Shown in pieces: positions 35,914 through 48,857 of a DNA stretch of 64,000 nt (the stretch's first letter is position 1; every line of letters begins with the position of its first letter). The notes under the pieces were generated by a model, which searched no databases, was not told the origin of the DNA, and saw only the letters and a program-made list of their open reading frames with translations. Source of the stretch: Octopus sinensis (lineage: Eukaryota). The stretch lies in NCBI RefSeq assembly GCF_006345805.1, contig NC_043023.1:6200001-6264000 (forward strand). The letters are read 5' to 3'. The position numbers were made by a program, and so were the translations under genes.

Positions 35914-36519
35914 TTACTGTTGTTTTAGTCCCAGGAAAACATCTTTTCCAGTTTGTGTCCATATAGCATTTGTCTGTCCTTGTTTGTCCCCTCCATGTTT
36001 AGCCCCTTGTGGGCAATAAAAAAATAAGAATGTGGCAGTCCTATATAGGACGATGTTACTGTTGTTTTAGCCCCAGGAAAACATCTTTCCCAGCTGGCTA
36101 TCAACACAGTATTGTCCATTTAGTATTTGCAAGGGAGGTCACTGCTACCATCTCTAGCTTTACGTGATACACACAGACCTAGGTTTCTGAATGTCATCTG
36201 CCCTCAGTGTGAGACAACCACAAGCAAGTGACAAGCAGAAACATTCAGAAACCTAGATCTGTGAGTATCATGTAAGGCTAGAGATGGTAGCAGTGACCTC
36301 CCTTGCAAATACTAAATGGACAATACTGTGTTGATAGCCAGCTGGGAAAGATGTTTTCCTGGGGCTAAAACAGTAACATCGTCCTATATAGGACTGCCAC
36401 ATTCTTATTTTTTTTATTGCCCACAAGGGGCTAAACATGGAGGGGACAAACAAGGACAGACAAATGCTATATGGACACAAACTGGAAAAGATGTTTTCCT
36501 GGGACTAAAACAACAGTAA
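35914..36519. repeat. Near-perfect palindrome with about 280-bp arms and a 46-bp spacer
   Basis: 35914-36194 is the reverse complement of 36241-36519, including a SINE-B tail and unique flank. Confidence 0.95.
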
Positions 36520-36589
36520 ATTCGTCCTTTATAGACCAAAGCCTTGTGAGTGGATTTGGTTGATGGAAACTGAAAGAAGCCAGTTATGT

Positions 36590-37163
36590 TCGTGTGTGTG
36601 TGAGAGAGTGTGTGTGTGTGAGAGAGTGTGTGTGTGAGAGAGTGTGTGTGTGTGTGTGAGAGTGTGTGTGTGTGTGTGAGAGTGTGTGTGTGTGTGAGAG
36701 TGTGTGTGTGTGAGAGTGTGTGTGTGTGTGAGAGTGTGTGTGTGTGAGAGAGTGTGTGAGAGTGTGTGTGTGTGTGAGAGAGAGTGTGTGTGTGTGAGAG
36801 AGAGTGTGTGTGTGTGAGAGTGTGTGTGTGAGAGTGTGTGTGAGAGTGTGTGTGAGAGTGTGTGTGTGAGAGTGTGTGTGTGAGAGTGTGTGTGTGAGAG
36901 TGTGTGTGTGAGAGTGTGTGTGTGAGAGTGTGTGTGTGAGAGTGTGTGTGAGAGTGTGTGTGTGAGAGTGTGTGTGTGAGAGTGTGTGTGTGAGAGTGTG
37001 TGTGTGAGAGTGTGTGTGTGAGAGTGTGTGTGTGTGAGAGTGTGTGTGTGAGAGAGTGTGTGTGTGTGAGAGTGTGTGTGTGTGAGAGTGTGTGTGTGTG
37101 AGAGTGTGTGTGAGTGTGTAAGTGTGTGTGAGTGTGTAAGTGTGTGAGAGTGTGTGTGTATGT

Positions 37164-37196
<33 letters not shown>

Positions 37197-37230
37197 GTGT
37201 GTAAGTGTGTGTGTGTGTGTGTGTGTGTGT
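36590..37230 (+). repeat. Expanded (TG)n(AG)n array inside a SINE A copy
   Basis: About 640 bp of gagagtgtgtgtgt units lie between the SINE A segments gaaagaagcc and tgtctgtccctcacc. Confidence 0.95.
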
Positions 37231-37299
37231 TCGTGTCTGTCCCTCACCATTGCTTGACAACTGGTATTGCTTTGTTTACGTTTCCGTATCTAAACGGTT

Positions 37300-37627
37300 A
37301 GGCAACAGAGAACCGATTAAATAAGTACCAGGCTTTTAAAAACATTAAATACCGGGGTTGATTCGTTCGACTAAAAATTCTACAGAGTGGTACCCCAGCA
37401 TGGCCGCAATCTAACGAGCGAAACGACCAAAAGATGCAAGAGGAAAGAGTGAGAGAAAGTTGTGGCGAAAGGGTCAGCAGAAGTTCGCCATTACCTTCTG
37501 CCGGACCCGCGTGGAGCTTAGGTGTTTCAGTCATAAACACACACATCGCCCGGTCTGAGATTCGAACCCACGGTCCATCGACTGCGAGTCCGCTGCTCTT
37601 AACCACTAGGCCATGTGCCTCCACTAC
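37300..37627 (-). mobile_element. tRNA-derived SINE (head ggcacatggcctagtggtt...gggttcgaatctcag)
   Basis: Clear A and B boxes followed by a non-tRNA body. A plus-strand copy lies at 41157-41435. Confidence 0.8.
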
Positions 37628-37756
37628 AAGCACACACAATTAAACAAGACATTACTCACCACATAAGCACATTTCAAACATAACAGACGACAATCATACG
37701 CACAAAAGTGAAACTAGCTATTATTACCCAAAGTGCATCACGCACACACACACAGC

Positions 37757-38016
37757 ATGTACACATACAGGCGACATCACACACACAACACACACACACA
37801 CTATGTACACATACAGGCGACATCACACACTATGTACACATACAGGCGACATCACACACTATGTACACATACAGGCGACATCACACACTATGTACACATA
37901 CAGGCGACATCACACACACACACAGCATGTACACATACAGGCGACATCACACACACACACAGTATGTACCCATACAGGCGACATCACACACAGAGCATGT
38001 ACACATACAGGCGACA

Positions 38017-38048
<32 letters not shown>

Positions 38049-38170
38049 CATGTACCCATACAGGCGACATCACACACACACACAGCATGTACCCATACAG
38101 GCGACATCACACACACACACAGCATGTACCCATACAGGCGACATCACACACACAGTATGTACACACACAG
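37757..38170 (+). repeat. Minisatellite with a constant core atgtac(a/c)catacaggcgacatcac and variable (CA)n spacers, 11 full copies
   Basis: Cores start at 37757, 37803, 37832, 37861, 37890, 37927, 37964, 37997, 38050, 38087 and 38124. Confidence 0.95.
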
Positions 38171-38842
38171 ACATACACACCTACAACAAACACTCCATGA
38201 GTCACAACCACGTATACACAACCACGCTTCCCCGCCGTCGCCGCACCGACAACTTCAAACAACCGTTATGACAAAGCAAGCATGTAAATGGTTTAGCGCA
38301 CACCACCAGAACGGGTACACTAAGAACCACCCTGCTACTTCAACATTAGTCAACCCATCCACCCCACATACAACCCAGACGACCACCACAACTACGGCAC
38401 CCCGTACGCACCCATTCCTCAAACACATCATTACAATGGAACTCGGTACCCCATCCTCACCAAAGGCGCCGACTAGATAAATGAGCTATGTGGTCATTTA
38501 AATTGCTAGAAATAGCAGTCAATATTTTTCTTGAGTCACACCCTGCTCTTAAAACGGGGAAGGCCCGGCGCTAGATTCACCCATTAAGGAAAATAAGCAC
38601 ATGCTAGAGTATCAAGAGGGTGCCACAGAAATAGTAAATGGTTTACGGAATAAAAGAAATCACTTTAAACTTGCTTAAATGTATGAGTGGCTGTGTGGTA
38701 AGTAGCATGCTTACCAACCACATGGTTCTGGGTTCAGTCCCACTGTGTAACACCTTGGGCAAGTGTTTTCTACTATAGCCTCAGGCTGACCAAAGCCTTG
38801 TGAGTGGATTTGGTAGACGGAAACTGAAAGAAGCCCGTCGTA

Positions 38843-38931
<89 letters not shown>

Positions 38932-39344
38932 CTATATGTTTGTGTGTCTGTGTTAGTCCCCCAACATCACTTAACAACCGATGCTGGTGTGTTTACGACC
39001 CGTAACTTAGCGGTTCGGTAAAAGTGACCGACAGAATAAGTACTAAGCTTACAAAGAACAAGTCCTGGGGTCGATTTGCTCAACTAAAGGCGGTGCCCCA
39101 GCATGGTCACATTTCAAATCGACCCCAGGACTTATTCTTTGTAAGCCTAGTACTTATTCTATCGGTCGCTTTTGCAGAACTGCTAAGTTATGGGGACGTA
39201 AACACACCAACATCAGTTGTCAAGCGATGTAGGGGTGACAAACACACACACATACATATATATACATATATACGACAGGCTTCTTTCAGTGGGACTGAAC
39301 CCGGAACCATGTGATTGGTAAGCAAGCTACTTACCACACAGCCA

Positions 39345-39657
39345 ATTGGTCAGTTGATCATTCATTTTCTCAGTTGAAATATATTAAAAATCCTATAAGA
39401 ACAACTATGCAACAAGGTTGGATGCCTTATCTCTACTAAGTATAGAAGTATTACGTAAGATTAATTTTGAGAATCTGATAAGAGATTTTGCAAGCAAAAA
39501 TAGTAGGGGAAAGCTTTTTAAAGATAAATAAAGTGGAAGTATACAAAACTAAACATTATTTTCTATCTTACTGTTATAGTTTATATTTTGAATTATACAT
39601 TGGAACACCAAAATCATTTAACTGATTAGGGCCTCTATGGGTCTTTTTCCAGCCCTG
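39345..39657 (+). mobile_element. hAT transposon 3' remnant (transposase dimerisation domain plus probable right end)
   Basis: Reads DHSFSQLKYIKNPIRTTMQQ / DALSLLSIEVLRKINFENLIRDFASK, which matches the hAT ERSFSxLKxIKxxLRSTM motif. A terminal ccagccctg lies at about 39649-39657. Confidence 0.75.
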
Positions 39658-39911
39658 GGAAGGCCACAGAAGATAATTTAGGCATATAAACTATATATAT
39701 TTTTTTATCCTTTTACTTGTTTCAGTCATTTTGACTGTGGCAATGCTGTAGCACCACCTTTAGTCGATCAAATTGACCGCAGCACTTATTCTTTGCAACC
39801 CTAGTACTTATTTTATTAGTCTCTTTTGCCAAACCACTAAGTGACGGGGACATAAACACACCAACATCAGTTGTCAAGCGATGGTGGGGGGACAAACATA
39901 AATACACAATT

Positions 39912-39944
<33 letters not shown>

Positions 39945-40139
39945 CAATGGGCTTCTTTCAGTTTCCGTCTACCAAATCCACTCACAAAGCCTCTTTGGTT
40001 GGCCCTGTGGCTATTGTAGAAGACACTTATCCAAGGTGCCATACAGTAGGATTGGATCCAGAACCATGTAGTTAGGAAGCAAGCTTCTTACCACACAATC
40101 ACTCCAGCACCTGTGTGTTTGTGTGTGCATATGTATGTA

Positions 40140-40187
<48 letters not shown>

Positions 40188-41156
40188 TTACGTCGTAAGT
40201 AGCTTGCCTACCAACCACATGGTTCTGGGTTCAGTCCCACTGCATGGCACCTCGGTCAAATCTCTTCTACTATAGCCTCAGGCTGACCAAAGCCTTGTGA
40301 GTGGATTTGGTAGGCGGAAACTGAAAGAAGCCCGTCGTATATATATGTGTTTATGTCTGTGTGTCTGTGTTTGTCCCCCCCAACATCGCTTGACAACCGA
40401 TGCTGGTGTGTTTAAGTCGCCGTCACTTGGCGGTTCGGCAAAAGAGACCGATAGAATAAGTACTGGGCTTCCAAAGAATAAGTCCCGGGGTCGATTTGTT
40501 CGACCAAAGGTAGTGCTCTGGCATGGCCGCAGTCAAATGACTGAAACAAGTAAAAGAGTATACATATATATACACATATATATGATTGTAACATCATTGA
40601 TCATAGGTATGCCGGAACAGGGCTGACCTAGGGTTAAACAACAACAACCACCAAAGACACTAATACTAACTACTATACTGTACATCTGTACATTAGCTAA
40701 TATAGTTCTAGATACACTATGCCTAAATAAAAGATAAGATAGTCACAGTTAAATCATCTTTGATCATAGGTCTGCTGGATAAGATAAACTACACACACAC
40801 ACACATAAATAGATAAGTGCAGGTGTGGTTCTATGATAAGAGGCTTACTTCCCAACAACATGGTTCCAGGTTCAGTCCAACTGCGAGTCACCTTGGGCAA
40901 GTGACCTCTACAGTAACCTCAGGCTGACCAAAGCCCTGTGAGTGGATTTGGTAGATGGAAACTGAAAGAAGCCAGTAGTGTGTGTGTATTTGTCCTCAAC
41001 CACCCCTTGACAACTGGAGTTGGTGTGTTTACGTGCCCATAACTTAGAGGTTTGGCAAAAAAGACTGATAAAATAGCAGGCTTTAAAAAAGAAAACCTAA
41101 ATATTTGGAGTCGATTCATTTAATGAAGATAATGAAGGAGGTACCCAAGCATGGAC

Positions 41157-41425
41157 ACGGCACATGGCCTAGTGGTTAGAGCAGCGGACTCGCAGTCGAG
41201 GGATCGTGGGTTCGAATCTCAGACTGGGCGATGTTTGTGTTTATGAGTGAAACACCTAAGCTCCATGCGGCTCTGGCAGAAGGTAATGGTGAACTTCTGC
41301 TGACTCTTTCACCACAACTTTCTCTCACCTGCAATGGACCGGCATCCCGTCCAGGTGGGGAACTTATATGCCAAGAAAACCGGGAAACCGGCCCTTATGA
41401 GCCAGGCGTGGCTCGAGAAGGAACA

Positions 41426-41435
<10 letters not shown>
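41157..41435 (+). mobile_element. tRNA-derived SINE, same head as 37300-37627
   Basis: ggcacatggcctagtggttagagcagcggactcgcagtc...gggttcgaatctcag with 3' tggaccggcatcccgtccagg...gaaaaccgggaaaccgg. Confidence 0.8.
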
Positions 41436-41454
<19 letters not shown>

Positions 41455-41458
<4 letters not shown>

Positions 41459-42622
41459 CATCATCATCATCATTTAACGTCCGCTTTCCATGCTAGCATG
41501 GGTTGGACGATTTTGACTGAGGGCTGGCGAACCAGATGGCTGCACCAGGATCCAATCTTGATCTGGCAGAGTTTCTATAGTTGGATGCCCTTCCTAACGC
41601 CAACCACTCCGAGAGTGTAGTGGGTGCTTTTTACATGCCACCGGCATGGGGGCCAGTCAGGCGGTACTGGCAACGACCTCGCTCGAATCTTTTTACATGT
41701 GCCACCGACACAAGTGCCAGTGAAGCGACGTTGGTAACGATGACGCTCAAATGGTGCCCTTTTACGTGCCACTGATACGGAAGCTAGTTGGCTGCTCTGG
41801 CAACGATCACGCTTGAATGGTGCTCTTGGCACCCTAATGGCACAAGCATAAGTGGCAGTAAGGCGACGCTGGTAACGATCATACTCGAATAGCCACTGTC
41901 AACGATCATACTCATATGGTGCTCTCTGCACCCCACAAGCACGGATGCCAGTCATCAAATTGATTTTGATTTCACTTGCCTCAACAGGTCTTCACAAGCA
42001 GAGTTTAGTGACCAAAGAAGGAAAAGGTATGCATAAGCAGGCTGGCTACACCCCTGGTAAAGGCCACAGGTTATGGTCTCACTTGTCTTGCTAGGTCTTC
42101 TCAAGCACAGCATATTTCCAAAAGTCTCGGTCGCTAGTCATTTCCTTGGTGAGGCCTAATGTTCGAAGGTCGTACTTCACCACTTCATCCCAGGTCTTTC
42201 TGGGTCTACCTCTTCAACAGGTTCCCTCAACCACTAGGGTATGGCACTTTTTCACGCAGCTATCTTCATCCGTTCTCGCCACATGGCCATACCAGCGCAG
42301 TCGTCTCTCTTGCACACCACATCTAATGCTTCTTAGGTCCAACTTTTCTCTCAAGGTACTTACACTCTGTTGTGCAACCACACTGACATTACACATCCAT
42401 CGGAGCATACTGGCTTCATTTCTTGCGAGCTTACGCATATCCTCAGCAGTCACCGCCCATGTAGCATGGCTGTTCGTACACATGCATCATATAGTCTACT
42501 TTTTACACTGAGCGAGAGGCCTTTTGTCACCAGCAGAAGTAGGAGCAGTCTGAACTTTGTCCAGGCTATTCTTATTCTAGCAGCTACACTTTCAGCGCAC
42601 CCTCCTCCACTACTGACTTGGT
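41455..42622 (-). mobile_element. RTE LINE 3' part, same family as 29748-31380
   Basis: The minus strand reads DQVSSGGGCAESVAARIRIAW...HATWAVTAEDMRKLARNEASMLRWMC...RWYGHVAR, plus the 3' UTR and TGA tail. Confidence 0.9.
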
Positions 42623-43814
42623 CATGAGTGGCTGTGTGGTAAGTAGATTGTTTACCAACCACATGGTTCCGGTTTCAGTTCCACTACATGGCACTTTGGG
42701 CAAGTGTCTTCTACTATAGCCTTGGGCCGACCAAAGCCTTGTGAGTGGATTTGGTAGAGGGAAACTGAAAGAAGCCCTTCGTATGTATGTGTGTGTGTGT
42801 GTGTATGTGTTTGTCCCCCTAGCATTGCTTGACAACCAATGCTGGTGTGTTTACGTCCCCATCACTTAGCGGTTCGGCAAAAGAGACCGATAGAATAAGA
42901 ACTGGGCTTACAAAGAATAAATCCCGGGGTCGATTTGCTCGACTAAAAGCGGTGCTCCAGCATGGCCGCAGTCAAATGACTGAAACAAGTAAAAGAGAGT
43001 ATATACGACAGGCTTCTTTCTATCTACCAAATCCACTCACAAGGCTTCAGTTGACCCGAGGCTATAGTAGAAGACACCCAACCAAGGTTCCACACGATGA
43101 TGAACATGGAACCATGTGGTTGGTAAAGAAGATACTTGCCACACAGCCACTCCTGCACCTGTATATATAACCTGTGTAAATGTGTGTATTATGTACAAGA
43201 ATTTGTATGAATTAAAAAATTATATATAAAATATTTAATAGTGAACTAAAGTATATGTGTATATATAAACACAGGTATGGGCATGGCTGTGTGGTAAGAA
43301 GTTTGCTTCCCAACCACATGGTTTTGGGTTCAATCCCATTGTGTGGCACCTTGGGTAAGTGTCTTCCACTATAGCCTTTAGTAGATTTGGTAGAAAGAAA
43401 CTGAAAGAATCCCACTGGATATGTGTGTGTGCGTGCCTCATCATCACCACTTGACAACCAGTGTTGGTGTGTTTATATCCCCATAGCTTAGCAGTTCGGC
43501 AAAAAATAAAAAGAGATGACTAGAAGGCTTAAAAAAGAAAGTTCTTTGGTTAATTCATTCAACTAACATTCTTCAAGGTAGTGCTCCAGCTTGGCCACAG
43601 TCTAATGAATGAAACAAGTAAACGATAAAAGATGTGCCTGCAGAACATAAAAAGCACCCACTACACACTCCGGAGTGGTTGGTGTTAGGAAGGGCATCCA
43701 GCTGTAGAAACCATGCCAAATCAGATTGAAACCTGGTACAGTTCCCCAGGTTACCAGTTTTCAGTCAAACCATTCATCCCATGCCAGCATGGAAACCAGA
43801 CACAAATGATATTT

Positions 43815-43871
<57 letters not shown>

Positions 43872-44339
43872 ATATAATATATATTAATAAGGCGTAGGTG
43901 TGGCTGTGCGGTAAGTAGCTTGCTTACGAACTATATGGTTCTGGGTTCAGTCCCACTTCATGGCACCTTGGGCAAATGTATTCTACTATAGCCTCAGGCC
44001 GAGCAAAGCCTTCTGAGTGGATTTGGTAGACGGAAACTGAAAGAAGCTGGTCATATGTATATGTGTATGTTTTGGTCCCCCCAATGCTGATGTGTTTACG
44101 TCCTAGTAACATAGCAGTTCAGCAAAAGAGATCGACAGAATAAGTACTAGGCTTACAAAGTCCTGGGTGCTCCAGCATCGCCAGTCAAATGACAAACAAG
44201 TAAAAGAGTAAAGTATGTACATGGGTGTGTGTGTATGCGTATATGTATATATGTATGTATATATACTTACAAGCTGAGCAAAAGGTGTACGTATGCCACT
44301 ATATGTATACATAAATCATAAAAATGAAACAAGAATGTA

Positions 44340-44620
44340 ACAGATGACATTAAAGACAGATGGACAATACAAAGATGGATATGAAAACCAGGACAGAACA
44401 TTCGTGGCTTTCTATTCATCAGTCAACCTTCCAACCATCACTACAGTTTCGGCCTGTTACACTTGAGATTGTACAAAATTGGTAGGCTCCCAAAAATCTA
44501 AGCTAAGGGCATGGCTGAACTGGCCTAAACTTCGTCATAGTCAATAATACTCTTGTTAAAGAAAATAAATTTATACTCTACAAAATTATAGAGTAACCAA
44601 TCAGATAGATGTAAAACTGA
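44340..44620 (-). mobile_element. Possible degenerate Penelope-like terminal repeat
   Basis: Broken hammerhead-like pieces (ctgatgaa; tgacgaag...ggccgaaactg) and an architecture resembling 16320-16470. No intact core is present. Confidence 0.3.
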
Positions 44621-44676
44621 TTTGGTATAACTGAACATAAAAACAAATATACACACACACACACACATACATACAT

Positions 44677-44723
<47 letters not shown>

Positions 44724-45845
44724 ATTAATATCTCATCATCATCATTTAACGTCCGCTTTCCATGCTAGCATGGGTTGGACGGTTCAACTGAGGTCTGGGA
44801 AGCCAGATGGCTGCACCAGGTCCAGTCTGATCTGGCAGTGTTTCTACAGCTGGATGCCCTTCTTAACGCCAACCACTCCGTGAGTGTAGTGGGTGTTTTT
44901 TACGTGCCACCGGCACAGGTGCCAGACGAGGCTGGCAAACGGCCACGATCGGATGGTGCTTTTTACGTGCTATATATATATTCTTTTACTTATTTCAGGC
45001 ATTTGACTGCGGCCATGCTAGAGCACTGCCTTCAGTCGAGCAAATCAACCACAGGACATATTCTTGGTAACCCCAGTACTAATTCTATCGGTCTCTTTTG
45101 CCGAACAGCTAGGTTGCGGGGATGTAAATACACCAGCATCAGTTGTCAAGCGATGTTGGGGGTACAAACAGACACACAAACATACACACACATATATATA
45201 TATATATATACACATATGCGACGAGCTTCTTTCAGTTTCCGTCTACCAAATCCACTCACAAGGCTTTGGTCGGCCCGAGGCTATAGTAGAAGACACTTGC
45301 CCAAGGTGCCACGCAGTGGGACTGAACCTGGAGCCATGTGGTTCGTAAGCAAGCTACATACCTATTTCCTTATTACCCACAAGGGGCTAAACACAGAGGG
45401 GACAAACAAGGACAGACATAGGTATTAAGTCGATTACATCGACCCCAGTGCGTAACTGGTACTTAATTAATCGACCCCGAAAGGATGAAAGGAAAAGTCG
45501 ACCTCGGCTGAATTTGAAGTCAGAACGTAGCAGCAGAAGAAATACGGCTACGCAATTCGTCCGACGTGCTAACGTTTCTGCCAGCTCGCAGCCTTTTAAG
45601 CAAGCTACATACCACACAGCCACTCCTACATATATATAAAATCATCATCTTTTAATGTCAGTTTTCTATGCTGGCATGGGTTGGATGGTTTGACAGGAAG
45701 TGGCAAGCTAGAGAGCTCTACCAGGTCCCAAATGTCTATTTTGGCATGGTTTCTAAAGCTGGGTGCCCTCCCTAATGCCAGCCACTTTACAGAGTGTAGT
45801 GGGTGCTTTGTACATGGCTCCAGTACAGGTGATTTCTACATACAT

Positions 45846-45879
<34 letters not shown>

Positions 45880-46906
45880 TACTCTCTTACTTTTTCAGTC
45901 ATTTTGACTGCGGCCATGCTGGAGCACCACCTTTAGTTGAGCAAATCAACCCCGAGACTTATTCTTTGTAAGCCCAGTATTTATTCTGTCAGTCTATTTT
46001 GCTGAACTGCTAAGTGACGGGGACATAAACACACCAGCATTGGTTGTCAAGCAATGCTAGGGGGACAAACAGAGACACACATACATACACACACACACAT
46101 ATATATATATATCATCATCATCATCATCATTTAGCGTCCGTTTTCCATGCTAGCATGAGTTGGACGGTTCTACTGGGGTCTGTGAAGCCAGAAGGCTTCA
46201 TCAGGCCCAGTCAAATCTGGCAGTGTTTCTACGGCTGGATGCCCTTCCTAACGCCAACGGGCTTCTTTCAGTTTCCGTCTACCAAATCCACTCACAAGGC
46301 TTTGGTTGGCCCGAGGCTATAGTAGAAGACACTTGCCCAAGATGCCACGCAGTGGACACAACATGGGAATAACACGGAACCATGTGGCTGGTAAGCAAGC
46401 TACTTACCACACAGCCACTCCTGCACATATATATATATATATAACGTATATACACACACACACAAACATATACATACACACACTTGGATACAGCTAATCC
46501 AGCCTACACAACTGAAAACATGAATAGACTGTTACACATGGTATGACTCTCGTCTGGAACACAATATAAATTATTCTAGTCATTGATCGCAGGTGAGCTA
46601 CCCATGGAATGAAATACTGAACAATGACGTTGCAACCTGTACAAGTACCACGCCAATCAATGTGTGTGGTGTGTGTGCAAGTTTTTAACTCCAATATCAG
46701 ACTATTTCCTACAGTCGATATCTCTGGCAAAAACTTATAATTATGTTTACATTATCACTCATCATGGTTTCTTAACTTATGCAGTACACACACAACACAC
46801 ATACACACACAAATGGGTGGTATAAGATGCAGATTCAGAGAATCATATCAATATTTCTATCACATACCACTGTAGGTTATACTTACACATATATTCTGAT
46901 GATGAG

Positions 46907-46948
<42 letters not shown>

Positions 46949-47475
46949 ATATAAAAATTCAGGGTGATTACTTGATAAGTGTAAGCACCTATATATGCAA
47001 GCTAGTAGCAGAGGTGTGAGGGTATGGCTTTATATATATACACAAACACACACATATATATATATATATAGGTGCAGGCGTGGCTGCATGGTACGAAAGC
47101 TTGCTTCCCCACCATGTGGTTCTGGGTTCAGTCCCACTGCGTGGCATCTTGGGCGAGCGTGTTCTACTATAGCCTCGGGCCGACCAAAGCCTTGTGAGTG
47201 GATTTGGTAGACGGAAACTGAAAGAAGCCTGTCATATATATATATATATATACATATATGTGTGTGTGTGTGTGTCTGTCCCCCTGCCATCACCTGACAA
47301 CTGATGCTGGTATGTTTAGCAGTTCAGCAAAATAGACCGATAGAATAAGTACTAGGCTTACAAAGAATAAGTCCTGGGGTCAATTTCTTCGATTATAAAC
47401 ACTTTAAGGTGGTACTCCGTATGGCCACAGTCAAATGACTGAAACAAGTAAAATACAAGAAATATATATATATAG

Positions 47476-47506
<31 letters not shown>

Positions 47507-47626
47507 ATATATAAGCATTCCCCATGGTTTGACTAAGGAAAATAGTCTAAAGGCTTAAAGATTACACTTGTTACAATTATTATTTACAGTATTTATTTCA
47601 CTCGTCACCGTTCCTTCATGTAGAAT

Positions 47627-47661
<35 letters not shown>

Positions 47662-48211
47662 CATACATACACACACACCCATATATATATATATATAGAT
47701 AGATAGATACATAGACACACACCCAAATATATATATATATATATATCTAGATATATACAGACACACCCATATATATTATACATATATATACACACACACA
47801 CGCACACCCATATATATAGATGGGTATATACATACACACCCATATAAACATATGTACGTATACACCCATGTAAATAGATATATATATATATACAGACCCA
47901 TATACATAGATATATATTTATATACAGACCCATATACATAGATATATATATATATACAGACCCATATACATAGATATATATATACAGACCCAAATACATA
48001 GATATCGCGGAAAAACGGACGTTAAATGATGATGATGATGATATATATTAATATAATATTATATATATATATTATATATATATATATACATTAGCCATAT
48101 ACATAGATATATATATAACATACATATACATACACACACACACACACATATGTATATACACACATGTATAAATTATTGAAACCTAGCCACAGCTGCATTA
48201 TTTTTTTGTAG

Positions 48212-48341
48212 GACAAAAGATAACGTGGAGACTTTCTCTTTTGATGCATCACAAGATCAATATCAACAGCATTACTCCATCCCCGACCACCACTACAGGG
48301 GAAAAACCTCTGGCTTTGCACCAAAGACAAACGGCAAATAA
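48212..48341 (+). CDS. Candidate terminal coding exon of unknown product
   Basis: Acceptor-like attatttttttgtag, then an open frame TKDNVETFSFDASQDQYQQHYSIPDHHYRGKTSGFAPKTNGK*, with AATAAA at about 48351. An alternative frame and a minus-strand reading are also open. Confidence 0.3.
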
Positions 48342-48818
48342 ATAACATCGAATAAATAAGTATAAAGATTTGGCACAACCAGTAGATTAAAACCTGTCTT
48401 GAGTGTAAAGGGCTTATTACTTAAGCCTTACATCTCCACTGTTCTTAATTCTGGGCCGTCTTTTCTGATTCTCCCCAGTTTGATCCTTGCTTTTTCAAGT
48501 AGATACACTGCCTCAGTAACCTGCCCTCAGCTACTTTAGGGTGTCCTTTTCTTCTACCACCTTTATAGGTTCCAAGTCAGGGCCTGATATGTAACCCAGG
48601 ATGTTGGTTTCCTTTCAGATCTTGCTGCACTCTTTTACTCGTTTCAGTCATTTGACTGTACTGTGCCAGGAGCCGCCTTAGTCAAGCAAATCTACCCCAG
48701 GACTTTATTTCTTTTGTAAGCCAGTACTTATTCTATCGTCTCTTTGCTGAACCACTAAGTGATGGGGACGTAAACACACCAGCATAGGTTGTCAAGCGAT
48801 GTGGGGGTACAATCACAG

Positions 48819-48857
<39 letters not shown>

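Noticed and set aside
36414-37260. 243-278-aa His/Thr-rich ORFs
   Set aside because: They are translations of a (CA)/(CT) microsatellite array inside a SINE.
37757-38170. CRISPR-like repeat-spacer appearance
   Set aside because: The spacers are (CA)n of 5-30 nt rather than unique sequence, the context is eukaryotic, and there are no cas genes.
41157-41232. Possible tRNA gene (also 37550-37627)
   Set aside because: A and B boxes are present, but the head runs into a SINE body shared by both copies and I could not form a proper acceptor stem.
48265-48305. VVVGDG on the minus strand resembling a Rho-family GTPase start
   Set aside because: No GKT P-loop follows, and the motif is explained by antisense reading of cac/gac repeats.
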